A stretch of 64,000 nt of DNA. It comes from Selaginella moellendorffii (lineage: Eukaryota; Plantae; Lycopodiophyta). Shown piece by piece: positions 12,050 through 26,438 of this stretch (positions are counted from its first letter, which is position 1; the number at the start of each line of letters is the position of its first letter). The stretch lies in contig NW_003314406.1 of assembly GCF_000143415.4 (NCBI RefSeq), positions 1 through 64,000 on the forward strand, read 5' to 3'. Below the pieces are notes generated by a model that was not told the origin of the DNA, did no database searches, and worked only from the letters and a program-made list of their open reading frames with translations. A program made the translations under genes and the position numbers.

Positions 12050-14320
12050 GGATCAAACGAAACAAACCTCGCCATGTAAGATTGCACTGCCTGAGCAAAG
12101 CCAGGCTTGTACGAGAAGAGCAGCCCACGGAAGAGCTTCCCATCGATGGAGGCTTCTAGTTGAATACGTTGCTTACTCTAGCCTCGAACATCTTCTCGCC
12201 TAGCGGCTGAACGTGAGCTTGAAACTCTGTAGCATGAGTTTGACAGGGAAATGACAGAGGTCCAAGGTTTTCCACAGATACCTCCGTGAGATGAAACCAA
12301 GCTCTTGTCCACATCCCGTTGCTTGTCTAGCATGAATGGCGTGGCACGATACTCTTGCCACCTTCTCTTAAGTTCCTTACGCATGGATAGCTTTGGTTCT
12401 GATGGATCTTTCTCCCTCAGCATCTCTTCACAGAAAAACGGCAACCATATTGTCAAGAATGGCAGCAATGTCAATAAAAGAAGAAGCCAACCTGTGTCGA
12501 GGAAATACATGTCATCCAGAGCTTCAAGCTCTTTGTTACATCCCTCATAGACGAATAATATGCCTCACTCTGCGTCCACAGAATCTCCTGCAAGGGAGAA
12601 ACGTGGAGAAGGCCTGGAACCAGAGGGATTCGAAGTCGCCCAAACACCAGTCGCTGCAAAATACATAAAAGCCCCATGAGAGACCAACAGGAAACAAATC
12701 TACCTACAAGCGAGATACTTTCCATGGCTGATTGTTGTATGCCCGGCTCTTGGCATCAGCTCGGCACCAGTCGTCTTTACCTCCCGCCATGCCATTGTTT
12801 CTGGATTACCACCGTCCGCGTCACCCATGACAACGAAACAGTTCTTATAGGAAGAGCAGGTATGGCTATCCCGAGAAATAGGCGAGGCTCCAGTGGTAGA
12901 AATCTTCTTCCAGACAAAAGTATCTACAGGGAAAAAAAAAGTTTAGAAGAAAACACGGAAAGTTAACAGGATATTACTCATGTTCAAAACATGGAGGTCG
13001 TTGTAGTACTCCTCCTCTGAGGGATCGCTGGATTTCCCACTTCCCCCAAACATGAATAGGTTGTCACCGATGAGAGACGTGCTATGTCCTTCTCTCGGAG
13101 CAGAAACATCACCAAAGTGTTGGTAGCTGCATCGGATGATAAGAACAAGAAAAAAAAATCGATACAACTCGGAGCTTACCAGTATCCAAAACAAAGAGTA
13201 TGATTGAGCGGGCTGGTTCCATCAGTACCACCAAACACATAGAGCTTAGACCCAACGGCCATTGAGCTGTGGCTGTCTCGAGGAGAAGGGTGCGTTCCTT
13301 TCATCACAGGCTTGCTCCAGGTGTACGTCCCTACGCGATCACACCAGAAGAGTGAAGAACCTTGATTCTAGTCGTCGATGACAACGTGAATCCCCTCGTT
13401 GTCCGAGACGTTGTCCCTGTCGTGAGCTCCATCCACCATAGCCTCTTCACCTTTCACTCCCAATCCTCATCGCATTTCCGAGCAGAGCACATCGATCTGT
13501 CAAATGCACCTGCGCAGGCGGATGCCAGCGATTTTTTTCCCAGCGTAAGTCTGGAAGGTCTCGCTGACCATTGAGCACAACTATGGCGACACAGAGAAAG
13601 CCGTGAGCCTCTCAAACCTTTGCAAATGGAGAAACAAACACAACCTCGTTGTAATAGGCTGGGACTTTCAGCCGCTTAGGATCGTTATCCAGTCCCGTTC
13701 CCAGGACTTCTTCCGGAGCTGCCCAAAAATGAACGCGTTAGAGTTTTTTCTAGTGTCTAAATCGAAGGAACTCACTCAAAGGTGTTGGATAAGGAACAAA
13801 TGTAGGTTGTGGCTTTTGGTAGGAGGTTTTTTGGTCCCTCACCAGGCTCGACGCCACCGTTGCTGCAATTGGCCGGAATATCTTGGTCATCCTGGAACAT
13901 CTCAAGTTAGAATCGCAGGGACGACGATAGGGGGGTCGAGACTCTTTTACCAGATGATAGTCTCAGTTGAGTACTTTTTCCATAAGTGTGACTCTTTTCT
14001 TCACGAACTCGGTAATTCTACGAACTCTACAAACAGAGACAAATCCCTTCCTAGGGTTAGAAATAGGATAAATGAAACGTACCATCTACATATCAATCTG
14101 CAAAGCATACTTAAGCAAAGCATTCCCTCCCAGTCGATGGAGCGGTTGCAAATCTAGAATTGAAACAGTACCTCCCATATTGCCATCTTGGCCGTCTATA
14201 TCAATCGTCACAGATTTGGACAGTCAGATTAATAGTATCTACCATAAGTAAAAATGGATATTCTTAAAATGGAATATGTGACGCCAATGCCAAAATAGCA
14301 ACTTTAAATAAAGAGTTTGA
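12050..14320. repeat. Duplicated Helitron 5' segment, homologous to 41186-43620
   Basis: Near-identical colinear sequence from gaaacaaa(c/t)ctcgccatgtaag to aaataaagagtttga. ORFs 13603-14157 and 42918-43457 are almost identical. Confidence 0.95.
12180..13330 (-). pseudogene. Captured kelch-repeat protein fragment (copy 1)
   Basis: WSKPVMKGTHPSPRDSHS..VGSKLYVFGGTDG, APREGHSTSLIGDNLFMFGG and YNDLHVL. Short introns retained, with internal deletions relative to the copy at 41.3-42.6 kb. Confidence 0.85.
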
Positions 14321-17169
14321 CTAGCAGAGATCCCAGCTCCGCTGGGAGATATAGCATACTCAAGATAAATAGATCTTCTCTTCTAATTTTACAATGTTAA
14401 GAATGTTTTTTATACAAGGTTAAATTTATCTAAACTTTGCTACTATTCATCTCCAGAGTAATGCACAATAATGCAATGAATGCAATTAGATAATAATGCA
14501 TGTGTTAGGGAAGATAAGCTCAATTTTTTTATCATCATGAAATTGAAATTTGAATTTGTTTTTATTGCCTTTATAAAAAAGTACACAACCCTAAACACAT
14601 CTACAAGATTGCTACCAAGATTTAAAAACAATTGATTTTTCACAAAATCAAAGAATTATAGACTACCAAAGAATAATAGGTTTTTGTCACTGGTTTGGTG
14701 AAGCTATAAATTTAATTGTGTACTGAGTTAACTTCTTTATTATCTGAACTGTAATGATGCTTTAAACATTCATTGTTTACTATAATAATAGAATTTCTAT
14801 TACGTTTCTCATTTTCATTTAAAAACATACATACATAAATTTATCCAGATTGAAGAAATGTATAATACTTCCTTGCAACACAAGAGATAGTAAGATAATG
14901 TAATTTCTCTTAAAACCTTTGGATTATGCAATACTTTAAAAAANNNNNNNNNNNNNNNNNNNNNNNNNNNNNNNNNNNNNNNNNNNNNNNNNNNNNNNNN
15001 NNNNNNNNNNNNNNNNNNNNNNNNNNNNNNNNNNNNNNNNNNNNNNNNNNNNNNNNNAGTTTTGTATCTATAAAGGATCTAAAGTAAGCTGTTGGTGGTT
15101 TTTTTTTACATTTTTCCTTGTGTATTCAAAGGTTTTACTCTTATATAATAGATAAATAATCTTCAAGGCTCCTTGTGCCAATGCAGAAATAATATTGTGC
15201 AATGACAAATCATAGAAGATGAGGAAAGATAAAGTAAAATATCAAAGCTTTAGTTTTACCATCCACCTAGAGATATAAAAACCTATTTCAAGAAAATCTC
15301 ACATTAGAGAACCTTTATAGATCATAATGAACAAATTTTATCATTCATTTTATGAATAAATAGATTTTTGAAAACATAAAAAAATATATAAAATAAATTA
15401 GATATAATGTATTACAATATTCATAAATAAAATCATAATATTTAATATATTTTATAAATACAATAAAATATAATTATCAACATATAATCTATATATAAAA
15501 CTATTTCAGTAAGGAAATTATAAAAAAAGACATATGATACACATTTTTAGAGCTGGGAGTTATATTTATTTTAAGATGGATCTTGTAAACACTAATCTTG
15601 AAGACAAAAAATGATTTGAAAAATTAATCTTACTTGGAAAAATGATAATATTTTGAGTTATCCTCATGAATTTCTTGTTTCTCATATATATATCACGAAA
15701 TATCTCTTCAAATATTAATACTAATATGGGTTTCAAAGAGTAGCAATATCTTTATATTTTCTTTCTTGCATCAAATACCAAATCCATTATCTGTTTTTAA
15801 CTAATAACCTTCTACAAGCTTAATATTAAATTCTTATATTTTAATATTCAAATTCACTACCTGAGATTTGCATTATTATTGAACCCACTGAGTATATTTA
15901 TCCTAATTGCTGTCACATTTTAGTTGAACTTCACAGCAATAGAGAATGGTTCATGGTATCTAATAGGTATAATTTAGCTCATATATATACAAATTTCAAA
16001 TCCATTTGTTAATAATATCTCAAAAAGATACTCTTCTATATTTTCTATTAGTCTTTTTGCTCATAACCTTATTTAATCTGCCAGCAGCTTTAAATAAGTT
16101 ACCTGAGAGCTGTTACCTAAGCATGATTAAAATATCCAGTTAGTTGAAAATGGTAAATTAAGTTTTAAAAAAATAGAGAAGATGATGGTTTCCAAGTAGA
16201 GCACAATTATTTTGTTAAACATTTATATACAAATGGTTATTTGATGCAATTAGTTGTATTTTAACTTGGCTATTTAATTTTAATGGCAGGGATCACCTGG
16301 CAAGGATTGGTTTGGCACACAATCTGTTCTACGCATGAGCTTTGGGAGTTTGGCACTGCTTATGTTTGGAGTTAAGTACCAAAGCAATCACAGGGACTCT
16401 TGGTATCGTGGCAACTGAATGATCAAGCTTATCATCTGGTCTGGTCTCACTGTGCCTTGACATTGTGGATGCTGACGGTGTATCTAGTGCTTTTGTCTTG
16501 GATTTACAACCATAGTTTCTTTGTTCTTCTGGCAGGAAGACTGTTGACATACAACTGGAATGCTGCATGGATTGCCACATCTTCTTGGCCGTGGTGTACA
16601 AACAACTACGTCATTATTCTGTGTACCATCCTTCTGATTCGGCAGAAAATCAAGTCAGCGGGCATACACATGATCTTTGGCTTCTTATACTGCCTTTCTT
16701 AGGATCTGACAGGGACCGATGCCTCTGGCAGTACATCCTCTTCTATAAAATAGATCAGGAGAATGCAAAAGGCTATAAATTTGAAAATAGCGCAGAGACA
16801 ATGAGAATGCAAAATGCTGCAATCTGTGTAACATAATGTGCTATAAGTCAGATTGGTGGCGTCGTCGAGCACACAAATTCCTAGCCAAATAACGTTATGT
16901 AGTATCATGTAATTTTATTTTGATCTGAGTTTCAAGGGTGGTATTTTCGATAACCTATTTTGTGACTCTCAACACATGCTTCAGATTCAATAAAACCATT
17001 CCAAAAGACAAATGGGTCTGGTAGTAATTCACAGTTCATTTCACACTGCCTGGTGTTCATTGTTTTGTAATGCGATACAATCTTGACTCTGAAAGAAGTT
17101 TATTTGATCTTTTTTTATATCTTATGCTTCTCAGCTTCTCTTGATTAGCCTTGCAATTGGAAGACCTTC

Positions 17170-18288
17170 AACTCAAGGGCCATTACCTTATTTTGCAGCT
17201 GCTGTAGCTCTGAGTCTTTTGCCACTGAGGGTTTCTGCATGGAACCAATAGGTAGACCAATCAAAGCCGAGTAAGAAAGAAACTTTTACCTGCAAGTTAA
17301 TGCCTGCCACATCTATGTATCCTACACCGCATGAAACGCCTTAATGCCACTCCATGTCTGGAAAAAAGCTGTCAGTATCATGCTAACGCCACTACCCTGG
17401 CCCATCAGTGCATAATGTACAGATGTCTTTCCAACACCCTGTCGTGCCGCCTGATTAATAACATAAGTGAAAAAACTACGTGATTTAGCTATGCAACGGT
17501 AAACACCAGGCATATATAACTCAGAATTGTAGACTTTTTTTGCTGCACTACAGACACTGTCACCAAAACTTTCCACAGCCAAGTCAAAGTGCGAGTCAGA
17601 GCAAGACTGCAAAATACAACATGTCAAGGCTAATCAATCCTCAGTTATATTACCTGGTAGAGTTTCCTCCAAGGATCCCCTTGCAAATGAAGCGGTCCCT
17701 GGGATCCAGAACGCCCTTTATTGCGTTCATGCTGGGCTGTCAATGGCTCCATAGACAGTAGCTCGAAGCCACATGATGTGTGCATGCCAGAAGAGAGTTC
17801 ACATGTGTGAATCCATGGTGAAGTTGTAGAGGAACTATTAGCCTCGCTTGAGAGGACATAGCCGGGCTATCAAACCAGGGATTCCTAAATTGCCAGATTC
17901 CATACTTGTGAAAGAGCATTAGATCACAGAATGTTTTGGAAATTTTGAGACCACTCATCACCAATGGATTGACATCTTTCCAGTGTTCGTTACTGTGATG
18001 AGAAGCCTATCAGCGACGTTGGCATAGATCGTTGGTCCTGGGAGCTTGCCATTGACAGTGATAATGTTCTTTGTTCTTCCCAGCCGCCTCACCATCAAGC
18101 TTAAAACCTGGGTGGTGGCAATTCGATGAGCTTTTGATGCATATTTAAGCAAACTGACCTGGAAGTCATAGACTCTGGTTGTTTCATTCTGAGCAGCCAC
18201 CAGATCATAGCTCCAGGAAATGAAGAAAGAGAAGACTACAACTGCGAGGCACTCTAGGAATTAGCTAATGCTTGGAAGAGTTTGCATA
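17170..18288 (-). pseudogene. Captured laccase (multicopper oxidase) 5' fragment
   Basis: Signal-peptide-like start, then IITVNGKLPGPTIYANVADRLLITVTN..SIHW, YGIWQFRNPWFDSPA and WLRATVYGAI. Disrupted. Confidence 0.85.
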
Positions 18289-18737
18289 GCTCTGTTCTTC
18301 CACTGTCTCCCTTACCAGGACTTGTTCACACGGTGCACTTGAATCACGCTTGCTTGAATGTCCAATCTACACCGAGTAAGTGTGAGAAGGCTGATATATA
18401 TAGAGAGCGATCTGCGAGCACAAGTTTGTGAGCACAGCAGGATGTGACTTTTTCTTTGGAGTAGACATCCACACCTGTCAAGCATTTAAAATTGTACTAA
18501 GTCATTGCCAACTTTAAAAAACGGCTCATGTTTAAACTTCAAAAACACTAACATTGAAATTTCGTCATTAGTTTGGCAATTAAAACCGCCTCTTCAATCA
18601 CTTTGCCCAAGTTGCCGTGATGAACTTGCACAGAAGGGCTCTATTCTATTTCTGAGATTTACTTTTGAAACTGTTTTACAATTTTGCAATAGTTATGAGA
18701 ATCATGGGTAGTGGTTTGATCATGTCCTCAGCAGATA

Positions 18738-18943
18738 CAACATGAAAGCTTCTTGCCTGAGCCGCGTGTATAGTGGTGATGCTTGTTGCTTTCATGGAAA
18801 CGAGGAAAGCAAAAGAGTGAAATAGGTTGTCTTTATTTTCAACATGAAAGCTTCTTGCCTGAGCCATGTGTATAGTGGTGATGCTTCTCGCTTTCATGGA
18901 AACAAGGAAAGCAAAAGAATAAAATAGGTTGTCTTTATTTTCA
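18738..18943. repeat. Tandem duplication, 2 x 102 bp
   Basis: caacatgaaagcttcttgcctgagcc...aaataggttgtctttattttc begins at 18738 and again at 18840. Confidence 0.9.
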
Positions 18944-19892
18944 AATTTTTGCCTGCCAGTTCGAACATTCAGATGCGACAGAAAAGATAATGTAGGAGAA
19001 TAAACGGACATCAGAAATAGGAAATCGAATAGCCTGAAATGAAATTCGTTTTGTGTGAAGTCATTATACCTTTCCTCATCAGAGGTTGAGTTTGTCTACG
19101 TTTACGAATTATTTTATATCAGTTTTCTAAAATCTTCCAATGCTGTCTGGAAATGGATTCTTGTTCAGGATTTGTGTGAGGTTTTTGAAGCTTGGCAAAT
19201 AAATTATCTGTCAATTCAGGCACATACCTTTCCTCTTCTTGCCTTTCTAGCCAGCGCTGTGCCATCTGCCGCTGCGAGAGTTTTAGAAACTAGGCAGCGA
19301 TGAGAGAATACACGGTTCAAAAGCACCTAATTCTTTGATGTAAAATTACCAAGTCGTTTGGTCATGTGTATACTCTCTCAGAAAATTGTGGCAATCCTTT
19401 GGGTGAAGAACTAATTCCAAGCTTTGAGCCCTTTTGCAGAGTGTCATCATGTCGTAAAGGATGAAATAAAAAGTGATGGCAGGCTACCACAGGCGGCACC
19501 AATTCGCATGGTCTTGTAGAACAGCTTTTCACACTCGTCCTCTTTGGAGGTTAAAATAGGTTCATATTGCAAGGGAACATACAAGAGTAAGTGCGAAAGG
19601 AAATGAAACAATAAAAAAATTTCAAGCATACCTCGCCTGGAGTTAATGTCTTACCCATTCATTTTAACAGGAGAGAATGGGCTCCCACTCGCAAAAAGGG
19701 CACGTCCCTGTGTGTGTTTCAGTGCCTCTTCTGCTGTGCATTCAGTCTTGGATGTTGGATTCGAGAGAGCTAAAACGATTAGTCTCTGATGGATCATTTA
19801 CAAGAGTAAGAAGAAGAGATAGGACAAGAGAAAGAAACACAAACCTTCGTGAAAGATGCAGCCTCTTCAGGAATTTCTTTGAACATGCACAT

Positions 19893-19895
<3 letters not shown>

Positions 19896-19980
<85 letters not shown>

Positions 19981-20080
19981 NNNNNNNNNNNNNNNNNNNN
20001 NNNNNNNNNNNNNNNNNNNNNNNNNNNNNNNNNNNNNNNNNNNNNNNNNNNNNNNNNNNNNNNNNNNNNNNNNNNNNNNN

Positions 20081-20160
<80 letters not shown>
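19896..20160. repeat. (CA)n(GA)n microsatellite interrupted by an assembly gap
   Basis: A CA tract followed by a GA tract on both sides of N 19981-20080. Confidence 0.95.
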
Positions 20161-20166
<6 letters not shown>

Positions 20167-21369
20167 AATCTGCTCAATCACCCTAAAAGATTTCACTTGA
20201 TTTGGAGTGTCATCAAAATCAAAATTGAAGAGTTGCCACCCCTTTGGCACTTGATCTATGCCATCTATTTGAAGTTTTTGAATTTGAACCGTTAGATTAT
20301 AAGTATATTCAGAAATAATATTCTAAAAATGGAATAAAAGACGCCGGATGCCATATGCCAATAGCACGTTTAAATAAGGGAGTACTAGCAGAGACCCCAG
20401 CTCCACTGGGAGATACAGCATACCCAAGATAAATAGATCTTCTTTTCTAATTTTACAATATTAAAAATTTTGATTGTATACTTTGTTAAATTTATCTTAA
20501 TTTTGCTACTATTCATCTCCAGAGAAATGTACAATAATGCAATTAGATAATAACTAGCAGGGAACCCAGCTCCGCTGGGATAGTTAGATGCTAATTCTAA
20601 AAAGAGAACAATTTATTAAAACTTGCTTAAGTTCAATACGTAACAAGCACTTGGTTTATTTAGTTTTTACTTAGTGATTGCAACCAAACACTATTTCTTA
20701 AATGGTTTACTGGAATAGAATAATTCAAGCTTGGACTCAAAGCTTAAAAGAATTATTCAACACATGAAGAGGTGGCTTAATCATATTAATCAATTTGGTA
20801 TATTATTTGGGCATTCTAGATCAGGTTCATCACCTAAGGGTGTTGAACAATAGACTACTAAGCATTTTCCATCTCAAGGCATTTTTAATTTATGCCCATG
20901 TGAATAAGGAGTAGTTCCCTTAGGGTAGGGTTCCATGCTCCACCCACCTGGAAATTTCTCCTCACCCCCTCCCCCCCCCAAAAACAACTTTCCCCTCCTT
21001 ATTTTTTTAATTGTAACCCTCTTTTTTATATGCCATATAAGGCTACACATTAACTTCTTTTTTTCCACATCATAATGGATTAGGGTGCCATTTTGTTTTA
21101 CCCTAAATTGAGTGCATAGCATGCCATAGCTTGGCAATTCTTCCTTGGCAATCATTTCCCATGCTGTAGAGATTGTGATGAGGTACTTAAATTTGGTAGA
21201 GTTGTTCTTTCTGGAGGAGGACATGATCTTAGTTCCAGTTTCAAGAAAGCTTTTGTATATTCGAATGGTGGAGGAAGCGATTGTTATAATACTTTCTATG
21301 CCATGTTCTACTGCAACTTCATTTATTGAAAGAGTGATCACTAAAAAGGAGCTCCTAGGGCTATTGATC

Positions 21370-22150
21370 AATGTGGATTACATCAAGCCAAGAAGTTTCC
21401 ACTAGTGGTATCAAAAAGAGCTTTAGGTTCTCTATATAAATCCACAAAGATTCAAAGAAGTTTTTTAGTATCTATATTCACTTTTCTTTGTGACCAGCTT
21501 GCTCCAAAATTGGCTAGGAGGCCTCCTCCAGGTTTGGCAAAAATACCAAAGTAGCACTTAGCTATTTCAAAGCAAGTAGATATTGCTTTGAAACGCTTGG
21601 CATTCGGGGATACATGGCAAATAATTGGTGATGCATTTAGAGTGGTTTCATGCACTCAAGCTTGTCTATGCTGATTCAGGTATTCATTGCTTGAGCATGA
21701 AGGACTAATGATCCATTGGCAGATGAGGAGGGAATAAATGAAGTTATAGCATGATTTCAGAGATTGCATGGATTACCAAATTGTTGTGGTGATATGGCAA
21801 TTGAGCTCCTAGGATCAGAGGATGCAATAGATTGGTATGCTAGGGCAAAAAAGTACTACTCAATGGTAATTCAAGTTGTGCTGACAGAGGATAAGAGTGT
21901 GCTTTACTGGTTTTGGTCTTATATCCAAACAAGTTTCATGGCAAAGAGCAATACAACTTTCTTCATTCTTCTATGAGGATTGTTGTCAAGAAATCTTTTG
22001 GAATTTTAAAGAGGCAATGGAAATTGCTTGGTTAGAAGGGATTTAGAGGACATCTAGGCATTCTTGTGAACAACATCATGTCTTGTTGTGTGCTGCATAC
22101 CTTGATGATCATAAGGAATGACAGGTTCATGGAAAATTTTGACCCTAATA
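21370..22150 (+). pseudogene. Decayed PIF/Harbinger (HARBI1-type) DDE transposase
   Basis: KQVDIALKRLAFGDTWQIIGDAF, GLPNCCG..IELLGSEDAIDWY..KKYYSMVIQVV and IVVKKSFGILKRQWKLL..IMSCCVLH. Many frameshifts; TIRs not identified. Confidence 0.75.
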
Positions 22151-25100
22151 GATCTAACTACAATGCAGACTACCTTCCACAGATTTTATTGTGAGAATGA
22201 AGTGGTCAGTTATATGGATCTCCAAAAAGTTTTAATGCCACATTAAACTCTCAAGGGCATTCATGTATAAGCTAAACACAATGGACATCCTTATTTAATG
22301 CAAATAGTGCATTCAATCTATTTAACTCCTTGATAGTCTGCAAGAATAATGACATATATTTATTCAATGACTACTAATGGTGTGTTAATTTGTTGTAGCT
22401 ATTGAAATAATTTATTATGGGAAACTGTGTTGACTAAGTTTTATATATCAAGACAATCCCCTATACCATATTTTTGAATTGTCCATGAAGTTGTGAGTTT
22501 CATTGCTACAGTTATCATGTGTCATTCTGTTTTTTTACATGCTATTAGAAAAGGGAGGGATTCCTTTGACTTCAAAAAGTGCTAGCAACTATGTTAAGTT
22601 GGTACTTGAACGTATATAAAACACCTATTGTTATAGGATAAAATGTGATGAGCACATAGTGCATTAGGAAGTCATTATTTGTTACTGAATATTTGTTTCA
22701 TTCCTCTCTAAGAAGGAACACTTGTCCCATCAACTACACCCTTTTACTCTTTATAGTTGCAAATCTAAAAGAATGCCCTCTTATGCCAATGATTCCTTCT
22801 TCCAATTAATACATCATTTTAGCAACACACTTGTGAGATATGTTTACCCTCTATCATAGGTTCACTTTAGTAAAAAAGAATACCTTTCCAAAGTAGTTTA
22901 TCAAACTATTAAGCTTAATTCGAGAAAGTAAAGCCAAATTGAAAAACTGTTACCAAGAATATATATTTTGAAATAGGGGCTAGATTAAAGTAAAGTAAGG
23001 GAACTTCATATGAGAAAAATATCCTTGAGAAAAGAAAAAAAAACTGTAAGTATTTGAGTTTTGATTTCTTATTTACCCATCCCTCAAGTTAGTGACATGA
23101 CTTCCTAGATGCCGAAAGTTAGATATCTTCTTGAAAACCCTATCATGCAAATATGTTAGCCAAGTAAATTATATGGGACTTTCTTCTGGATTTCTTTTGT
23201 TTCCAAGGTCAAACAGTAGGAACATCAAGAATACACCTCAAGAATGAGACTTCTTCAAAAGAGCATATAATTTTTACTACAACTTACTAATGATCCATCC
23301 AAGCTAATAATTTGAAATATATGTTATTCATTTTTATTCATATTTTGGGTTTGTGTTTTATATATGTTATTTTATTAAAACTGACTAATTTATTTTCATG
23401 AAACATTAAAACCATAATTACATCTATCCATAAATTAAATTATATTAATCATGTAGCTTAATTTATAGTTGTAATCCATAATATAAAATTGTAAGTTTAA
23501 AGCTGATTAATTTAACTTTTAAATCGCTTGTAAAATTTCCATTAGAAATATTAAATCAAGCTAAATAATATTATGCAGAAGATAATAAAATATTGTTTTT
23601 TATTCTTTGGATTTACTCTCACTGAAAATTCACCTAAAATCATAATTATTTTCTATTTTTTAAATATTTATTTTCAGATATAACTATTTGATTTTGGTTT
23701 GATTTGTTTATTGATTTAGTATATATAAAAATTGTTTAATGTAATCTTAAATATCTCTTCTTTCTTTACAAATCCACAATAATAGTAGAATATGTTCTTA
23801 TGAATATTTTTAATTTAATAAATTTTTATCAAACTCATTAGTGTAATGTTTTAATTTATAATTTTATGTTATTCTTTCAGCTAATAACTATTATTTTTTT
23901 ATTTTAAATCTTCATATAACTGGGATATAATCAAGAAATGGATTTGATCTTTCAGTATGTATGAGATAGCTTATACCATATTAGATACCATGTTATTAAT
24001 GAGACATGAATGCATAATTTTATTATAAAGCATTAGTACAGGTTTGTCTTAAAACTTTACATCAGCTTTATTTTTTGTTTCAATTTTTTATTATATCAAT
24101 CCATACCTAAGCATAAGGAAAATATCGTGTTAGTTCAAATGGTAAATTAAGTATTTTATAAAAAAAGTTAATGGTTTCGAAATAGAGTAAAATTATATGT
24201 CACATTTGTGAGAAAAATACAACTCAGTCAGTAAAGATAGAAAATCTATTTTATTAAATATTTATATTAGATATTTTATAAAAAATATTAATACATGTGT
24301 AAAACTTTTCTAACCAGAATATAAGTTACTAATAGATCAAGAGTATGTAATACATTTTGTAAGTTATAATATATAAGATAACTACTACAAAAATTAAATG
24401 ATGAAGAGAAAAAATATTTGAGAAAGAAAAACTTAGAATAAGAAGAAAGAAATTTAATAGAAATAAAATTTTCAATATTAAAAAGACTGGTGTATATGAA
24501 ATTCTCATGAAAAGTGATTTAGGTTAAAAATTAGTAGAGAAACTCTAAAATTAAATATCTAGATTGTAACCCTTAAAGTTGAAAATTATGAACTACAGTT
24601 CATTAGGATTATATTTAGGTAATATCATGCTAGAAGTTATAATTTTGAAATTTCTAAGGAACTTTGAAAATTTGAAAAAAATTCTGCAAGATTGTCTCTT
24701 ACTGAAGGATTTTAAATTATATATAGCTAAAAATCTCAAAAAGTATAATTTAAATATAAAATTACTATTAGATTATTCAAAACTGCTTACTATTCAGCAA
24801 TTATCTAAAGAAGAACATTATTATAAAGAAACTTAGATTATAAGAAATATTAATAATTTTATTATAAACTAACATCTAGCACATTCATATATATTCTGAC
24901 CTTGTAAGCATTGGTTTGTAGTCAAGCAAAGCCACAAAGGCAACAACAGGCAGCTTCTATTTAACTATTTATTAGAGCAAGAAAATATCATGCTACACCT
25001 TACAGTTTCTCATTCCATAGACATTCCTCAGATGCTATTCGTAGAATTCCAGAAGTTTTAACTTGACTACCATAAAACATGAAAGAAGCAGCAAAAAAGT

Positions 25101-25519
25101 ACCATTCATGTTTTAAAAGTTTTTTTCTGTTATTGAAAGATATCCAGAGGAGGTTAACACTTTAGAGCCTTACAAGCACCTCATAACTTTCCCTTAAAGA
25201 GATGATGTGCAATTCTATGGTTCTTTAAGAATACCTGCCAGTTTGTATCTGTCTTGAACATGTCTTGGTTAGGTCCATTGGAGCAAAGGGTAAACATAAA
25301 TGCAAAGTTTAGCATTTCCTTCCAAATACAGAAGTGACAGGGATGATGACAGGGTTCTTTAGGAAACCATCAGCCATCGAGTTGTGACCAGCGTTTATGT
25401 ACATGTTGAGNNNNNNNNNNNNNNNNNNNNNNNNNNNNNNNNNNNNNNNNNNNNNNNNNNNNNNNNNNNNNNNNNNNNNNNNNNNNNNNNNNNNNNNNNN
25501 NNNNNNNNNNCATCCATGA

Positions 25520-26438
25520 GCAACAAAAGAATGCTTGTTTCCTGTGTCTTTCTAGAAGCTCTTTGCTGGTTGATCAGGTCCTGGATAAGCTTGATGACCT
25601 TTCACCTGGCCTGAGAATGGGAAAACATCACAAAACTATGTAAGACAATGCATATGGCTTTTACCTTCAAGGCTTTGTTGTAGGCAGTGTTGGGGAAGTT
25701 GATGGGGAAAGCCTGAATGCCTTGGTTGACAATGTAGTACAAGGAGAAAATCTCATCCACATCGAGACTGGAGTCTTTCCTATATAAAATGTAGAGGACA
25801 GTTAGAGTACGTGAACTGTCATATCAGAAAAAACCAGTATCAAAGAGAAAATAAGACAGAGAGGAAGTAAACATCACTTACCCTTCTCATCTCGGTAAGA
25901 AGAACAATCTTATGCTCCGTAGGCCACCTTGCAAGGCATGCTGTTGTAGGGGCACATACTGCTTAAGAGCTTTGGGATTGTTCACAGTGACTCAGTAAGC
26001 TTCTGGAGCTTCAAGTAGCTCTCTTCAGTTAATCTCGCAAACAGATTTCGTCCAATGAGCACAACAGCGCTCTTTGGCCATCCTGTCTCAAAGCTGTCTT
26101 TGGAGAGCACGAATTTGCATGCCTCTGGTGTGGCAACCAGGACGGTGGGCTGCTAGAACAGAAATGCCTTGTAAAACCCACTCGATTATACCTGAAACCA
26201 AGAAGTGACCCATGAAAGAGTATGGTAATCCAGACTTGAAGGCTCTGAGAAAAGCAGCCATGTTGATAAAGACAGGCCATCCAAGTGGACCCGGTGGAAG
26301 TGGAGGCTGTCCCGGCTTTAGCACCGGCTCATAGTACCACTTGTGTAAAAATCTCGAGAATGTCGGCAAAGCAGTCACTGCCATGTTGCTTTCCAGTGAT
26401 AGAGGAGGAAGAACCCCATAATGGTACAGCGTTGGCAC
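25520..26438 (-). pseudogene. Captured CYP88/KAO-like P450 fragment (copy 2)
   Basis: KWYYEPVLKPGQPPLPPGPLGWPVFINMAAFLRAFKSG is a typical CYP88 N-terminus. Colinear with 3200-4090. Confidence 0.8.

Larger units (their letters stand above)
9088..14320 (-). mobile_element. Non-autonomous Helitron unit H2
   Basis: 5' TC at 14320 (type A). 3' hairpin CCCAGC-tcc-GCTGGG at 9099-9113, followed on the minus strand by CTAG (9088-9091) and T. Spans gap 10846-10945. Confidence 0.85.
14321..20384 (-). mobile_element. Non-autonomous Helitron unit H3 (type-B 5' end)
   Basis: 3' CTAG at 14321-14324 with hairpin TCCCAGC-tcc-GCTGGGA at 14331-14347. The 5' end TACTCCCTTATTTAAACGTGC at 20384 is shared with 28859 and 35681. 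Spans two gaps. Confidence 0.8.

Noticed and set aside
13603-14157. Conserved 180-aa plus-strand gene (also 42918-43457)
   Set aside because: The similarity is explained by recent DNA duplication. It has no recognisable motif and is antisense to the cargo orientation.
16400-16702. ORMDL-like membrane protein fragment
   Set aside because: Only a vague resemblance (NWNAAW..YVIILCTILL) with frameshifts; not supportable.
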